DNA of 24,534 nt from a virus (taxonomy: Duplodnaviria > Caudoviricetes). Shown here one piece after another: positions 24,143 to 24,534 of the stretch. The DNA is taken from positions 1 through 24,534 of IMG/VR virus record IMGVR_UViG_3300046482_000097; one strand, written 5' to 3'. How positions within the stretch are numbered: position 1 is the stretch's first letter; each line of letters begins with the position of its first letter. A program made the translations under genes and the position numbers. The notes under the pieces were generated by a model. It did not search any database. It was given only the letters and a program-made list of their open reading frames with translations, and was not told where the DNA came from.

Positions 24143-24534
24143 GGGCGGCGCGGAGCTCGCCGCGGCACTGCGGAAACTGTCGACGCGCATCTCCCGCCGG
24201 ATCGCGCATGAATGTCTCGTCGAGGCCGCGGAGCCGATGCGGCGTCGGATGTCGTCGCTCGCGCCGCACGAACCGGGCAAGCCGGACCTCCGGGACACCA
24301 TCGTGATCAGCCGCGCGCGTGGCGAGGATGCCCAGGAATCGGCGGTCGCGGTCGGGCCGAGCAAGTTCGGCTTCTACGGATCGTTCCTGGAGTTCGGCAC
24401 GAAGCAGATGGCGGCGCAGCCGTTCGCGCGGCCGGCGTTCGACCAGACGCACGAGCAGTCGCTGCAGATCCTGGGGGCGGCCTGTTGGCGTGAACTCGCG
24501 GCCAGGGGCGTCTCGAGGAGCATCAGCCGGGAAG
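24123..24534 (+). CDS. HK97 gp10-like tail/neck component (partial, runs off the window; not in the ORF track)
   Basis: Manual translation MVTVRFEGGAELAAALRKL...AP...DLRDTI...VAVGP...FYGSFLEFGTKQMAAQPFARPAFD. Confidence 0.9.
   Translation, partial: MVTVRFEGGAELAAALRKLSTRISRRIAHECLVEAAEPMRRRMSSLAPHEPGKPDLRDTIVISRARGEDAQESAVAVGPSKFGFYGSFLEFGTKQMAAQPFARPAFDQTHEQSLQILGAACWRELAARGVSRSISRE

Larger units (their letters stand above)
1..24534 (+). mobile_element. Tailed phage or prophage segment (HK97-type head morphogenesis region and upstream accessory genes)
   Basis: Co-oriented HNH, TerS, TerL, protease-capsid, portal, head-tail adaptor, head closure and gp10-like genes. No host housekeeping genes, integrase or att site in the window, so phage versus prophage cannot be decided. 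Confidence 0.97.

Overview
The whole window is a + strand stretch of a high-GC tailed phage or prophage with an HK97-type head and a likely non-contractile tail. From left to right it has five blocks. (i) About 1-3.9 kb: small, mostly Zn-finger or nuclease genes (HNH, a Zn-ribbon/Myb-like/HTH protein, a Vsr/DUF559-like nuclease, a HExxH metallopeptidase, an Ogr/NrdR-like Zn ribbon). (ii) 3.85-5.1 kb: two signal-peptide proteins. (iii) 5.36-10.5 kb: a six-gene accessory fibre-like module built around a Thr-rich 18-aa repeat protein. (iv) 10.8-18.4 kb: packaging HNH, putative cos region, TerS, TerL, a ribbon-helix-helix protein, a prohead protease-major capsid fusion, portal, a collagen-like protein and a head-tail adaptor. 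(v) 18.4-23.6 kb: seven translationally coupled glycan-synthesis-type genes (Maf/DUF115-like transferase, radical SAM, four further glycosyltransferase-like genes including a GT-D/DUF1792, and a SAM methyltransferase) inserted between the head-tail adaptor and the head-closure gene, followed by a partial HK97 gp10-like gene. The best candidate for a new system is the glycosylation island, possibly acting on the virion or on the repeat-templated fibre. All family assignments come from motif recognition by eye; no database search was run.
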